This document shows positions 16,208-26,135 of a stretch of 36,129 bases of DNA, one piece after another. Source of the DNA: a virus (taxonomy: Duplodnaviria; Caudoviricetes). Positions within the stretch are counted from its first letter, which is position 1. The number at the start of each line of letters is the position of its first letter. The notes beneath the pieces are model-generated. The model worked only from the letters and a program-made list of their open reading frames with translations. It was not told where the DNA came from and searched no databases. The stretch is from the IMG/VR virus record IMGVR_UViG_3300016722_000007, positions 1-36,129 of that record. One strand, written 5' to 3'. A program made the translations under genes and the position numbers.

Positions 16208-17985
16208 TGATGGAAACGACCGCAGTGGAAAAATACATCAGATCGATTGAGACCGGATCAATAACGGTAGGTTTTTGGGTTAAAACGTGGTATTTGAACC
16301 ATATTAAGCCTATTATTGACGGCAAAAGCGACCGTTATTATTTTGATCCGGAGGCCGCGACCGATTACTATCAATTCATTTCCGACTTTTGCCTTAATAC
16401 CATCAATCCGAAATTCTATGGGAAGCCACTCCAGCTCCTTGATTTTCAGAAAGCGATGTTCGATTGCGTTTTCGGAATCAAATCTCGCGAAACCGACCTC
16501 CGCCGCTTCAGACGAATTGTCGATGAAGAAGGCCGGAAGAACGGGAAAACAGGAAAGATATATCCATTCCCACTTTACATGATGCTCATGGGTGGGGGAA
16601 TAAACTGTGCCTGCCTTGCCTCAAAACTTGACCAGGCGAAAATAGTTTGGTCCATGTGCGCTAAGGCCATCCGGATGAAGCCGACTCTTGAGAATAATTT
16701 TTATGACATTCAAAACTTCAATCCTTCAATTATCTCGACAAAGGCGTCTTTAAAACTCAATTCATCATTCAAACCTCTTGCGAAAGACCAGTCGAAAGAT
16801 GGAGGAGGCAACGATGGTTATGAGTTCTTTGTTGGCATTATTGACGAAATCCACAAAGCCACCCAGGAACAGCAGGATTCCATCATGCAATCACAAAGCG
16901 CGATGGATGAGCCAATCCTGTGGGAAATGGGAACGTGCGGAAAAAAACGGCTCGCTCTTTGGGACGACCTCCGCTTGATGTGCAAGAAAATCATCCTTGG
17001 AATTCTCCAGGACGATTCGCTTTTCCCGGTTTTGTACGAATGCGATTCAGACGACCTTGATTTGATTTCAGAAAAAGACCGTCCAGCAAAGGACGATCCT
17101 TATGATGAGAAATGTTGGCCCAAGGCCAATCCATCGCTTGGTTCCATTAAGACGATGGTTGCCATGAACGACATGGCCGTTCAGGCAAAAAACAACCCAA
17201 ATCAAAAGATCGATTTCCTCGTGAAGGATTTGAACATAGTTGGTCAAGAGACCGTTGGATGGCTTTCCGGAGACCTCATTGTCAACCATTTTGTCTATAC
17301 GGAAGAGGAGATGAAGGAATTCGACAACAGCGACGTTATCGGAGGTTTTGACCTATCGAAGATAATGGATTTAACCGCCTTCGGGACGTTAATCTTCGAT
17401 AAGAAGAGAAACCAGATGCTGCTGATTCTCCAATGCTGGTGCACGGAGGATTTCCTCGAATCAACATACGCAAAGCAAGCGGGCGTTCCTTGGGATTCGT
17501 GGATCGATCGCGGATTCTTGAAAATTTCTGGAAAGTCTCGGATCGACTACCACGACGTTAGCGACCACCTTCTCTCTCAATTCAAACGCCACGGATACCA
17601 CTATGTGAACATTAATTACGATCCGTATTCCGCCGACTACCTAGTGGAGGAAATCGATTCTTTGGGTTGGAGCAAAAAATCGCCGGTTCCCTGCTTACAA
17701 GAGGTCCACCAAGGATATAAATCCCTTTCAATCCCGATGCAGGAGGCCTACACGCTTCTGAAAGAGAAGAGATTGGCATCGAACGACAACCCTCTTTTCA
17801 TGTGGATGCTCTCCAACGTCCAGTTGGTTGAAGACAGAAACGGAAATATGATGCCAACCAAGGAAGACGATAGAAAATGCAACAAAATCGACGGATTCTC
17901 CGTTCTATTAAACTGCCTATACACATATTGCCAAAACAAATCATATTTCCTTCCGGAAGGAGCATCCAATGGGAGCAATCAATAA
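16207..17985 (+). CDS. terL: Terminase large subunit
   Basis: Walker A GRKNGKT, Walker B IIDEIH, W.KANPSLG, nuclease motifs GGFDLS, YDPY and KIDG. Confidence 0.96.
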   Translation: MMETTAVEKYIRSIETGSITVGFWVKTWYLNHIKPIIDGKSDRYYFDPEAATDYYQFISDFCLNTINPKFYGKPLQLLDFQKAMFDCVFGIKSRETDLRRFRRIVDEEGRKNGKTGKIYPFPLYMMLMGGGINCACLASKLDQAKIVWSMCAKAIRMKPTLENNFYDIQNFNPSIISTKASLKLNSSFKPLAKDQSKDGGGNDGYEFFVGIIDEIHKATQEQQDSIMQSQSAMDEPILWEMGTCGKKRLALWDDLRLMCKKIILGILQDDSLFPVLYECDSDDLDLISEKDRPAKDDPYDEKCWPKANPSLGSIKTMVAMNDMAVQAKNNPNQKIDFLVKDLNIVGQETVGWLSGDLIVNHFVYTEEEMKEFDNSDVIGGFDLSKIMDLTAFGTLIFDKKRNQMLLILQCWCTEDFLESTYAKQAGVPWDSWIDRGFLKISGKSRIDYHDVSDHLLSQFKRHGYHYVNINYDPYSADYLVEEIDSLGWSKKSPVPCLQEVHQGYKSLSIPMQEAYTLLKEKRLASNDNPLFMWMLSNVQLVEDRNGNMMPTKEDDRKCNKIDGFSVLLNCLYTYCQNKSYFLPEGASNGSNQ

Positions 17986-19171
17986 TTTCTTAAGCAAGCT
18001 GTTCGCGGGCCGGAAAGAAAAATCATTCTCAAGCAGTTCCGTTGTCAATTGGATGGGTCTTTGGATGTCAGCCGATGCCAAAGCCGAAATGGACGCCACG
18101 TTCAACTCCTGTGTGGACACGAACGCTGAATTCCTTTGCTCAATTCAGCCAAAGTGCGTTATTTCAGGGCATGATGCTGACCAGAAGAAATGGCTCACGG
18201 ATATCTTGAGCCTTAAGCCAAATCGAAGCTATGACGCCCCAACGTTTTACGAATCAATGGCCCATAGCTACTTCTCTGACAACATCGCCATAGCATGGAT
18301 CATTAGGGATCTCTCGAGCCCAAGCTTCGATCCTGTTGAGATTTGGCAGCTTGACATCAACGATTCCCAATTTGAGATTGGGATCAGCAAAACTGATGGG
18401 AAGATCTATGCCTCATTCAGTCTGAACGGTTCCGTCCATTATGCCTCAACCGACGATCTCATCATCGTTCAAAGGAACAAATCGGTGTCTGACCTCTTGT
18501 CCCATCGATCGAAATGCCTGGATCAATCTCTGAAGGTTATCGCGGCCACCTCAAGCGGGGCCGAAAGAGCCGTTACTGAAAGCCAGTACATCCGATTCCT
18601 TGCCCAAACAAACAGCCAATTTTCAGATAAGAACCAAGACGAAATGTCCGCCAAGCTTCAGGACGTGCTTTCAAAAGCGAAGAATGGCGTTGGCGTTGTC
18701 CCCGCAGGCTCAACATTGACCCCGATAAACATAACCGGTAAATGGCTTCCCGATGCAGATGCCAGCGGGTTCAAGAAAGACATCTACAACTATTTGGGAA
18801 CGAACGAAAAGATGACCAGTCGCACATTCAATGAGGACGAATACCAATCGTTCTTCAACGGAACCGAGATGCCGTTCATTCACAAACTTGAGGCGCAGCT
18901 GACATTAAAGATCCTTACGGAAGGGGAACGCATAAAGGGAAATCGCATCATTATTCCGAAATCCCCACATCAATGCGTTTCGATGAAAACAAGGATCGAA
19001 ATGGTATCCGCAATGTCGAGTTTGCCGACCATACGACCGAATGACGCCCTCCGGTTGCTCGATCTTCCTATATACGAGGACGGTGAAACGCCTCAAGCCT
19101 CGCTGAACTTCGTGAAAACCAAAGATCAATCAAAATACCAAACGGGAGAAAACCCAAAGGAGGGCAAATAA
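17969..19171 (+). CDS. Portal protein (HK97-type)
   Basis: 400 aa after terL; LSLKPN, P....LEAQL..K.L, PNDALRLLDLP. Confidence 0.88.
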   Translation: MGAINNFLSKLFAGRKEKSFSSSSVVNWMGLWMSADAKAEMDATFNSCVDTNAEFLCSIQPKCVISGHDADQKKWLTDILSLKPNRSYDAPTFYESMAHSYFSDNIAIAWIIRDLSSPSFDPVEIWQLDINDSQFEIGISKTDGKIYASFSLNGSVHYASTDDLIIVQRNKSVSDLLSHRSKCLDQSLKVIAATSSGAERAVTESQYIRFLAQTNSQFSDKNQDEMSAKLQDVLSKAKNGVGVVPAGSTLTPINITGKWLPDADASGFKKDIYNYLGTNEKMTSRTFNEDEYQSFFNGTEMPFIHKLEAQLTLKILTEGERIKGNRIIIPKSPHQCVSMKTRIEMVSAMSSLPTIRPNDALRLLDLPIYEDGETPQASLNFVKTKDQSKYQTGENPKEGK

Positions 19172-19876
19172 ATGCCTAAGTCAATCGAAGAAATCCAAAA
19201 AGAGATGGCCAAGACTAAGCATCCCGAAGACTACCATCACCCATTCGAGGTGCGGGCGGCTCAATTGGGCGACGGGCAGGAAAGCAAAGATCTCCTTGTT
19301 GAAGGCACCCCAGTCGTTTTCGGGCAAAAAACCCATTTATTCGACCTTTACGACGGAACGAAGGTTTACGAAGTTATCGATAAAAGGGCCTTCGATGAAT
19401 GCGATTCAAGCGACGCTTTTTTCCGCTACAACCACTCAGAGGAGCAATTTCCCCTGGCGAGAACGAGGATCAAGGATATCGGGAAGGAAGGATCCCTCCA
19501 AATATCCATCGGAGACGATGGCCTTCATATGCGTGCGAATTTGATGAAAACCACAGCGGGGGAGGATTGCTTCCGTTGCATCAAGGCCGGAACGTTGAGC
19601 GAAATGTCCTTTGCCTTCTCCACGGAAGGCGGAGAAACGGTCTACGACAACTCCGTCGAAGGCGAGGTAACAATCACCCGCCGAAAGATCTCAAGGCTTT
19701 ACGACGTAGCCGCAGTGATGCGACCCGCCTATGGCAATACCGAAATCCATGCGCGAGCGATGGGGGACGTGGAGGCGTTCCTATCTGAGCTGGAGAGTGA
19801 AAAACGCGCAAAGGGATTGAGGATGGCAAAGATCAGGGCCGGGGTTTCAATCCCAAAAACTGACGAATCTAAGTAA
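19172..19876 (+). CDS. HK97-family prohead protease
   Basis: VEG..VVF, EVI...AF, YNH, LART, MSFAF, LYDV..V..PAY..T. Confidence 0.92.
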   Translation: MPKSIEEIQKEMAKTKHPEDYHHPFEVRAAQLGDGQESKDLLVEGTPVVFGQKTHLFDLYDGTKVYEVIDKRAFDECDSSDAFFRYNHSEEQFPLARTRIKDIGKEGSLQISIGDDGLHMRANLMKTTAGEDCFRCIKAGTLSEMSFAFSTEGGETVYDNSVEGEVTITRRKISRLYDVAAVMRPAYGNTEIHARAMGDVEAFLSELESEKRAKGLRMAKIRAGVSIPKTDESK

Positions 19877-19892
19877 TTGGAGGAATAAAAAC

Positions 19893-21071
19893 ATGAACTT
19901 AGAACAGTTGAAAGCGCTGCTCGCCGGCAAGAACGCCCGCGCAGCCGAATTGGAGAAGACTATCAAAGAGTCCCAAAAGGAAGACGAAATTCTCGCCACC
20001 CGAAAGGAACTTGACACCAACATCCACGAGCGTGGCGTGCTTGAAGGCCAAATCGCGGAACTCACTCGCATGGCCGCCATTTCCGCCATCGAGACGAGCA
20101 AGAAGGAACTCGAAGGAAAAGGTGGAAGCGTCGAGCTTAAAATGAGCTCCCGCAGCGCCATCAACCTCTCTTTCGGTCTAGCCTACCGCAAGAAGAGCCC
20201 AACCGACGAGCAAAAACGCGCCATCGACAAAGCACTCTTCACGACCGACAAGACCTACGTCGCTCCCGCCGCAGACAAGGACGGAGTCAACAACGGAGGC
20301 GTTCTCATCCCGACCTTGGCCTTCATGGATCTTCTGAAGGAAGACAAAGCCCTCACTCCGATCCTCGACGACACGGTCTTCTACAACATCCCTGGCATGC
20401 TTTCATTCCCGATCCGGACGACCCGTGGAACCGCTCAAGTCAAAACCGAAGGGAAATCCACCGCCGACCAGACGGTCGAACTCGGCAGCCTTGACCTCGT
20501 CAAGGGTTGTCTCCAGGTCGACGTTCCTGTTACCGATGAGCTCGAAGCTATGACCGACATCGACGTCGGAGCTTGGATCGTCCAATCCATCGAGCAGGAC
20601 CTCACCGACGATTGGGGATCCGCTCTCATCTACGGCACCGGCGTGACGAATCAGATCTCCGGCATCGTCAAAGACCTCACCGCAGCCACCATCACCGCTG
20701 GGAAGGAGCAGGAAGGGGCCATCAAAGCCCTTCACGCCATCAAAGGGAAGTACCGCCGTGGAGCAAAACTCTACGTCTCGCAAACCTACATGGACAGGGT
20801 CACCTCCCTCGTTGACACCACCGGTCGCCTTATCTATCCGAACGGATGGACGGTGTGCGACGGCCACCCTATCGTTGTCGATGACAACCTCAAAGACGAC
20901 GAAATTCTCGCCGGCAATGTCAGCCGCTTCTTCAAGGCCAATCTCTTGAGCGGAATGACGATCAAGCAGGATTACAACGCCCCCAGCGGAATCACCGATT
21001 ACGTGGCAAAGGTGTTCTGCGCCACCAAGGCTCTCGCCTCGGCCTTCTCCTACGCCAAAATTGGCGCCTAG
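19893..21071 (+). CDS. Major capsid protein (HK97 fold, N-terminal delta domain)
   Basis: Coiled-coil N-terminus, GGVLIP, VTDEL, GTG..QISGI, D..GR.I. Confidence 0.92.
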   Translation: MNLEQLKALLAGKNARAAELEKTIKESQKEDEILATRKELDTNIHERGVLEGQIAELTRMAAISAIETSKKELEGKGGSVELKMSSRSAINLSFGLAYRKKSPTDEQKRAIDKALFTTDKTYVAPAADKDGVNNGGVLIPTLAFMDLLKEDKALTPILDDTVFYNIPGMLSFPIRTTRGTAQVKTEGKSTADQTVELGSLDLVKGCLQVDVPVTDELEAMTDIDVGAWIVQSIEQDLTDDWGSALIYGTGVTNQISGIVKDLTAATITAGKEQEGAIKALHAIKGKYRRGAKLYVSQTYMDRVTSLVDTTGRLIYPNGWTVCDGHPIVVDDNLKDDEILAGNVSRFFKANLLSGMTIKQDYNAPSGITDYVAKVFCATKALASAFSYAKIGA

Positions 21072-21099
21072 AGCCCAATCCTAACTGGAGGTAGCGGAA

Positions 21100-21387
21100 A
21101 TGCCTGAAACAAAGAACATCCTAACAAATCAACAAGTTCGGGAATTTACCCGTGTTGACCCGGATTATCCGGAAACGCTTGTTTCTTTCGCGAGCGCATC
21201 CGCTACCTCCTACATCGACAAAAAAACCGACCATCAATGGGAGAAGGACGAGCCGATTGACCAAGAAGCCCAGGAATGTGCGCGTCTGGTCGTAGAGCAA
21301 AGCTTCTTCCATGACGAATCGCACAACTTCAACCAAGCCATCTTCGACTACATCGAGGAATTGAAACTAAGGGCAAAAGAAGAATGA
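21100..21387 (+). CDS. Head-tail connector (gp6-like)
   Basis: LT...VREFTRVD...A.SYI...T pattern; position after the capsid gene. Confidence 0.75.
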   Translation: MPETKNILTNQQVREFTRVDPDYPETLVSFASASATSYIDKKTDHQWEKDEPIDQEAQECARLVVEQSFFHDESHNFNQAIFDYIEELKLRAKEE

Positions 21388-21773
21388 GCACCATCCCAAG
21401 CAAGGACAAGCGAATCAAACTTTTCCGCCTGAAAGAGGTCTCCTGGAGAAATGAGAGCCAAAGCGGAGTCTACAAGGAGAAGATGTACCTTCATCCAAGA
21501 AAAGACTTTCTATGGGCTTCGTTCCTTCAGATCGTTTCCGACACATCCGAAGGGAAGGATTCCGTTGACGATGTTTTGAGGTTCACCGTTCGAATCAACG
21601 ACCGCAAAGACGTTTTAAGCGGAGACTACATCGAGTGTGGTGACAAAACCCTCAAGATAATCGCGCCACCCGACCGGTACGATTGCTCTGGTGGCGATCT
21701 CAAGCTTACGGCCCAGGTCATCAACCAGCCAGACTGCTATAAGAGAGTTAGCGAGAAAGCGTGGCCAAAATGA
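21384..21773 (+). CDS. Head closure / head-tail adaptor
   Basis: DKRIKL...WA...F.VR pattern; synteny. Confidence 0.7.
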   Translation: MSTIPSKDKRIKLFRLKEVSWRNESQSGVYKEKMYLHPRKDFLWASFLQIVSDTSEGKDSVDDVLRFTVRINDRKDVLSGDYIECGDKTLKIIAPPDRYDCSGGDLKLTAQVINQPDCYKRVSEKAWPK

Positions 21774-22201
21774 ACTCAAGTTATGAGGCTTGGATCCAAA
21801 TGGTTGAAAACATCAGGTCAGTCCTCAAAACGGTCAAATGTTTGCGGGACGGAGACTCCATGTCTCAATCGGAGGTCGACTCGTTAACCAAATCTGACAT
21901 TATCTATTTTCTTAGGAAGAACAAACAGAAAGTCGGATCCAACACATTTGTCGTTTGGTCCTACGATCAGCCCTCTCCCGAAGGAATGGCCGATGGCAGA
22001 AGGCTTCGTTATCTGTGCTCGGCGTTTATCGACGTCGTCACTCAATCCCAACCTGAAGGCGCCGAAATCAAAAGCCTGGTAAAAGCTCTAGAAAAAGCGT
22101 TTGAGGATGACGGGTGGGAATTCGATTTCATTCAAAGGGTTTCCGACGATCGGTTCACCGACCGTTTGACGCTGTGTTTCCAGATTAAGAAAAGAGTATA
22201 A
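21761..22201 (+). CDS. Putative tail completion / terminator protein
   Basis: Size and position just before the major tail protein; start could be GTG 21761 or ATG 21770. Confidence 0.55.
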   Translation: MAKMNSSYEAWIQMVENIRSVLKTVKCLRDGDSMSQSEVDSLTKSDIIYFLRKNKQKVGSNTFVVWSYDQPSPEGMADGRRLRYLCSAFIDVVTQSQPEGAEIKSLVKALEKAFEDDGWEFDFIQRVSDDRFTDRLTLCFQIKKRV

Positions 22202-22213
22202 GGAGGTAAAACC

Positions 22214-22795
22214 ATGGAACAATACTCTTGCCTACGTGTGTTTGCCATCACTGGTTATGCCAGCGGCAAGCCAACCATCACCACCCCTGCGCCGTTTCTG
22301 GCCAAAGGAACTTCCGAAAAAGAGATCAACAACATCTCCTGCGAGATGACTCCCGATGTCTCAAAGCGCGAATACGATGCCGATAACCTCACCGAAAAAG
22401 ACGAGGTCAAAAAAGGATATAACGGGACCGTCAAATTCTACGGAATCGACGCGACCGCCATCGATCTGATATCGGTCAACAAGAAAGACACCAAGGGCGG
22501 AATCATCTTGGGCGCCGATTCAGACGGGGCTCCGAAATGCGTCCTATTCCTTCAGGGCAAAGGGGAAAAAGGAAAAGCTTGCAACCTTTGGTTGTACAAC
22601 GTCGAGTTCGATGACGTCCCCATTTCCTATGGCCAGCCATCGGACACCGCAAAAGAGACCTCTCTTGGCTTCTATGCCTCCGGAATCCTGTACAGCGGCA
22701 AAACCATTTTCGGGATGGTGATTTCCGCCGACGACACTCGATACGTCGCTCCGGGAACCGAGCCGACAGCCGACAAAATGCCCATGCCGGAGTGA
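22214..22795 (+). CDS. Major tail (tube) protein
   Basis: 193 aa; YDADN, GYNGT, WLYNVEF; strong AGGAGG RBS. Confidence 0.82.
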   Translation: MEQYSCLRVFAITGYASGKPTITTPAPFLAKGTSEKEINNISCEMTPDVSKREYDADNLTEKDEVKKGYNGTVKFYGIDATAIDLISVNKKDTKGGIILGADSDGAPKCVLFLQGKGEKGKACNLWLYNVEFDDVPISYGQPSDTAKETSLGFYASGILYSGKTIFGMVISADDTRYVAPGTEPTADKMPMPE

Positions 22796-23106
22796 ATATG
22801 ATCACCGCAACTTTTAAAGACGGGAGGAAGGTATCAAACGCCGCCGTTTCTCTTGGCGTTTACTTTCCCCTCGTAAGCGGTGGCCAAGACTACGTAGAGG
22901 AGGTTAAAAAGCATCCGAACTCCATTTCCCTAGACCTCAAACTCTACGTGGCGTATCGCATGGCGGGAGATCCCGAGGCCCGCAAAAAAGAACCCGAGGA
23001 CGTCATGAACGAGGTCAATATCTCCAATGTTGACGACATGATCGAATACCGAAAAATCATGGCACAACTCGGCAATGAGGTAAGCGGCGCAAAAAAATCA
23101 GAGTGA
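22792..23106 (+). CDS. Tail assembly chaperone (G-like)
   Basis: Follows the major tail gene; ends in slippery GCA AAA AAA. Confidence 0.7.
   Translation: MNMITATFKDGRKVSNAAVSLGVYFPLVSGGQDYVEEVKKHPNSISLDLKLYVAYRMAGDPEARKKEPEDVMNEVNISNVDDMIEYRKIMAQLGNEVSGAKKSE
23091..23097 (+). other. -1 programmed ribosomal frameshift site (A AAA AAA)
   Basis: The -1 frame is open from the heptamer into ORF 23103-23324. Confidence 0.7.
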
Positions 23107-23324
23107 AGGGGAAAACGGGCAACCCTTCACCGAGAGGAGAGGCCCGGTTGGAACTGATATACGGATTCACTGCGTCCGGGCTTCCCCTCGATGCCTGGGA
23201 ATACATGTCGGTGTGCGACCTCAACAAATTCATCGATATGAAGATGGTGAAAGAGGGACTTGCCGAATATGTTGAGACTTTGGATCCTTCTAGTCTGGCT
23301 GACGGAAAGGGGGAGATCCGATGA
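23103..23324 (+). CDS. Tail assembly chaperone T-segment (probably expressed as a G-T fusion)
   Basis: In the -1 frame relative to the upstream chaperone gene. Confidence 0.62.
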   Translation: MKGKTGNPSPRGEARLELIYGFTASGLPLDAWEYMSVCDLNKFIDMKMVKEGLAEYVETLDPSSLADGKGEIR

Positions 23325-23722
23325 GCGACTGGTCCGATGAGTTTTACAAAATGAACGACACGCTAAAATCCTGCGCCATAGACTCGGTGAAGACGGTGTT
23401 AGCCAAGAAATCGACCGAGGTTAAAAACTATCTCCAAACCGCAACGCCACGAAAAACCGGTGGCCTGGTTGAGTCCCTGAAAAGAAATCCGATCGAATCA
23501 TCGGGAGGCAAAGTTGGCTACAAAATCATATTCGACGGATATAACCAAAAAGGTGCCGCCCATCAGATGATCGCGAACGCCTTGAACGCCGGCTTCTTCG
23601 TAAATCAGTTTACCTATATACCAGGGAGCCACTTTATGGACAAAGCAGTAGCGCTTCTTAAGGGAATGGACGAAGAAATCGACAAAGAATTCGAGAAAAA
23701 GGTTGCTGAAAGGACAAGATAA
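23321..23722 (+). CDS. HK97 gp10-like neck/tail component
   Basis: ATPRKTGGL..SL and G......PG.HFM.KA motifs. Confidence 0.62.
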   Translation: MSDWSDEFYKMNDTLKSCAIDSVKTVLAKKSTEVKNYLQTATPRKTGGLVESLKRNPIESSGGKVGYKIIFDGYNQKGAAHQMIANALNAGFFVNQFTYIPGSHFMDKAVALLKGMDEEIDKEFEKKVAERTR

Positions 23723-25200
23723 TGGCCATCGAGATCGCGAGAAACTTAAAAGAGATTAACGACGAGCTAAAAACTACCGACGCCCAGATGAAGGCGGCGG
23801 CACGTGATGCGTCGTCTCTTCAGCAATCGATGAAACTTGACCCTTCGTCAACCAAGCTTACCGCCGCCCATTATGAGACTCTTGCAAGCCAAGTTGACCT
23901 CTGCTCAAAGAAGATCCAGCTTCTTAAAGAAAAACAGTCCGAGATGGTCGCCGCAAACGGCCCGGATGCCAAACTCACGCCCCAATATGAGAGGCTTGAT
24001 ACGCAAATAGCGCAAACGGAAGCTCAGCAAAAATCGTTGAATACTCAGATGGAGAAAACAACCAAAGTTGACTTTTCATACGTGAAAAGCGGTTTGGCTT
24101 CAATCGGAAAGACCTTGGTTGGCATCGCCGGATCAATCGTCGCAATCGGAGTGGCTTACGCAAATACCGCCTCCGATATAGCCGACAATGTCAAAAAATT
24201 CGGAGGAACCGCTGAGGAATGGCAATATCAGTCAAATGCTTGGGAACGTCTCACGGGAGACGCCGGTGCCTATTCTTCGGTCCTTTCTGCGGTTATTAGC
24301 ACTCAGGCAAACGTTCAAAAAGAAAGCTCAAAAACTGGCAACGTCCTTTCTCAATTAGGCCTTTCCTTCGATGATTTGAAGGGGAAGACGTCAGCAGAAG
24401 CCTTACAAATTTACATGAACGCCCTTTCCGGAATAGGGGATTCCGCGACACGACAATCGATAGCGGTGGCTCTTTTCGGCGAAACGGCAGGTATTTATAT
24501 TGCCAATATGTGTTCAACTGGGGCAGATAAAATCTCCGAGTGGAACGACGAACTTACAAACGCGGGAATACTTTCAAATGAGCAGGTGAAGGCCGGCGAT
24601 GAACTGGCAGATAAGTTCTCGTACGTCAAAAAAGCCGTCATGTCTCTCGTTGCTACGTATGGCCAATCATTGATCCCGACGATCGAGAGTTTCCTTAGGG
24701 TTGGAGAAGGGGTTATGCCGCTGGCAAAATCAATTGCTGACGCTATGAATGCAATCGGTCCGGCTGGAGTCGTGGCTTTGGGCGTTTTCGCGGCAATGTG
24801 CGCGGCGATACCGTCTCTCGTCATGATGTTGGCGGCGTTGAATGTCGCCGCAGACAACATTCCTGTCGCCATAGCCGCCTACGCCGCCCTTGCAGCCGCC
24901 ACCGGATTGGCCATTGGTGGAGTCGTGGCTGCCAATTCTTCTGGGTATTATTCCGGGTCTTCGTCCTCAGCTACCACAACGTCGAGCGGAGCCGGTTTGA
25001 GCACCGAAACGGCATCGTTGGCAGACAAGACGTCGGTTTCCTCTTCATCGCCTTCGGAAAGAACCCTAAAGGCGAGCCAAACTACGAACATCACCGATTC
25101 ATCGGTCAACAACTATTACATATCGAAAGACGTTGATGCGGACGAGGTCATAGAGAAAATAACCGACAAGAAACGTTCGCTTTTAGGGGGGAAGGTATGA
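23722..25200 (+). CDS. Tape measure protein (short, 492 aa)
   Basis: N-terminal coiled coil, Ala/Gly-rich helical body (A.ALFG), hydrophobic stretches; precedes Dit. Confidence 0.85.
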   Translation: MAIEIARNLKEINDELKTTDAQMKAAARDASSLQQSMKLDPSSTKLTAAHYETLASQVDLCSKKIQLLKEKQSEMVAANGPDAKLTPQYERLDTQIAQTEAQQKSLNTQMEKTTKVDFSYVKSGLASIGKTLVGIAGSIVAIGVAYANTASDIADNVKKFGGTAEEWQYQSNAWERLTGDAGAYSSVLSAVISTQANVQKESSKTGNVLSQLGLSFDDLKGKTSAEALQIYMNALSGIGDSATRQSIAVALFGETAGIYIANMCSTGADKISEWNDELTNAGILSNEQVKAGDELADKFSYVKKAVMSLVATYGQSLIPTIESFLRVGEGVMPLAKSIADAMNAIGPAGVVALGVFAAMCAAIPSLVMMLAALNVAADNIPVAIAAYAALAAATGLAIGGVVAANSSGYYSGSSSSATTTSSGAGLSTETASLADKTSVSSSSPSERTLKASQTTNITDSSVNNYYISKDVDADEVIEKITDKKRSLLGGKV

Positions 25201-26135
25201 ACACGGCAGTTATTCAAAACTCCGACAGTCTGGTTTCCAGCATCCAAATCGACGTCGTGAATACCTCCAACAGCACGCAGGTTAAAGTCAACGGCTCTCC
25301 CACTATGCCATCAACCGATTTTCTAATGATGCCTTCTGGGCTTGGATTCAAACAGTCCCTCGATGTAGTAACAGGGGAGACAATCGACTATGTCGTTAAG
25401 CAAACAATCGACAAACGCGAAATCAAGCTCACGGTTCTGTGGAAAGGCCAGAATGCCTACGCGAAGTACCAGGAGTTCTCAAAATGGGTCGCACGCTATT
25501 TCGATTTGGACAAATACCACATTCGGTTTTCGTACTCAATCAACGGGACTCGGAGATTCGTAGAAGTGGCGGTAACGCTTCTGGATTTGAAAGGGAGAAC
25601 CGGATCAATGGTTTCGGCGGAGCTCACTTTGAGACCGTTGACCCCCTTCTATGAGGAAACAATGGTTTCGTTCATCGTTTCCGATACGAACAGCGGCAGC
25701 GTTTATCCATACATCTATCCTTACGTCTATGGCGGAGGAGCCTACTCCGGAAACAATCAGATCGTCAATAATTACCTCGAAAGTCTTCCGCTTCGCATAG
25801 TCCTCAAAGGCCCGATGGCCTCCCCCTATGTTTCTATCCAAAAAATCGATGAAGATGGTGCGGTGGAAACCGAGCCATATTCCAGGATTCAATTCGCCGA
25901 TGGGGTCTCCATAGCCGCCAACGAGACGATAACCATCGACGCTTTCAATAAAAAAATTTATCTCACTTCCACTAACGAATCGACTGGATCGGTAACCGTC
26001 ACAGACCTGTTTAATTCCGTTTCGAAATCATATGACGCCTTCCTTTTCGCCAAGCCGGGCTCATCCAAGGTTTCGGCATCATTGTCTGATTCGAAATCCG
26101 AGTGCGAAATATTCTTTGTGAGGTATGTTTTATGA
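25197..26135 (+). CDS. Distal tail protein (Dit)
   Basis: PSGLG, TPFY, YPYIYPYVYG, L.I...GP...P, I.ID, F...PG. Confidence 0.82.
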   Translation: MNTAVIQNSDSLVSSIQIDVVNTSNSTQVKVNGSPTMPSTDFLMMPSGLGFKQSLDVVTGETIDYVVKQTIDKREIKLTVLWKGQNAYAKYQEFSKWVARYFDLDKYHIRFSYSINGTRRFVEVAVTLLDLKGRTGSMVSAELTLRPLTPFYEETMVSFIVSDTNSGSVYPYIYPYVYGGGAYSGNNQIVNNYLESLPLRIVLKGPMASPYVSIQKIDEDGAVETEPYSRIQFADGVSIAANETITIDAFNKKIYLTSTNESTGSVTVTDLFNSVSKSYDAFLFAKPGSSKVSASLSDSKSECEIFFVRYVL

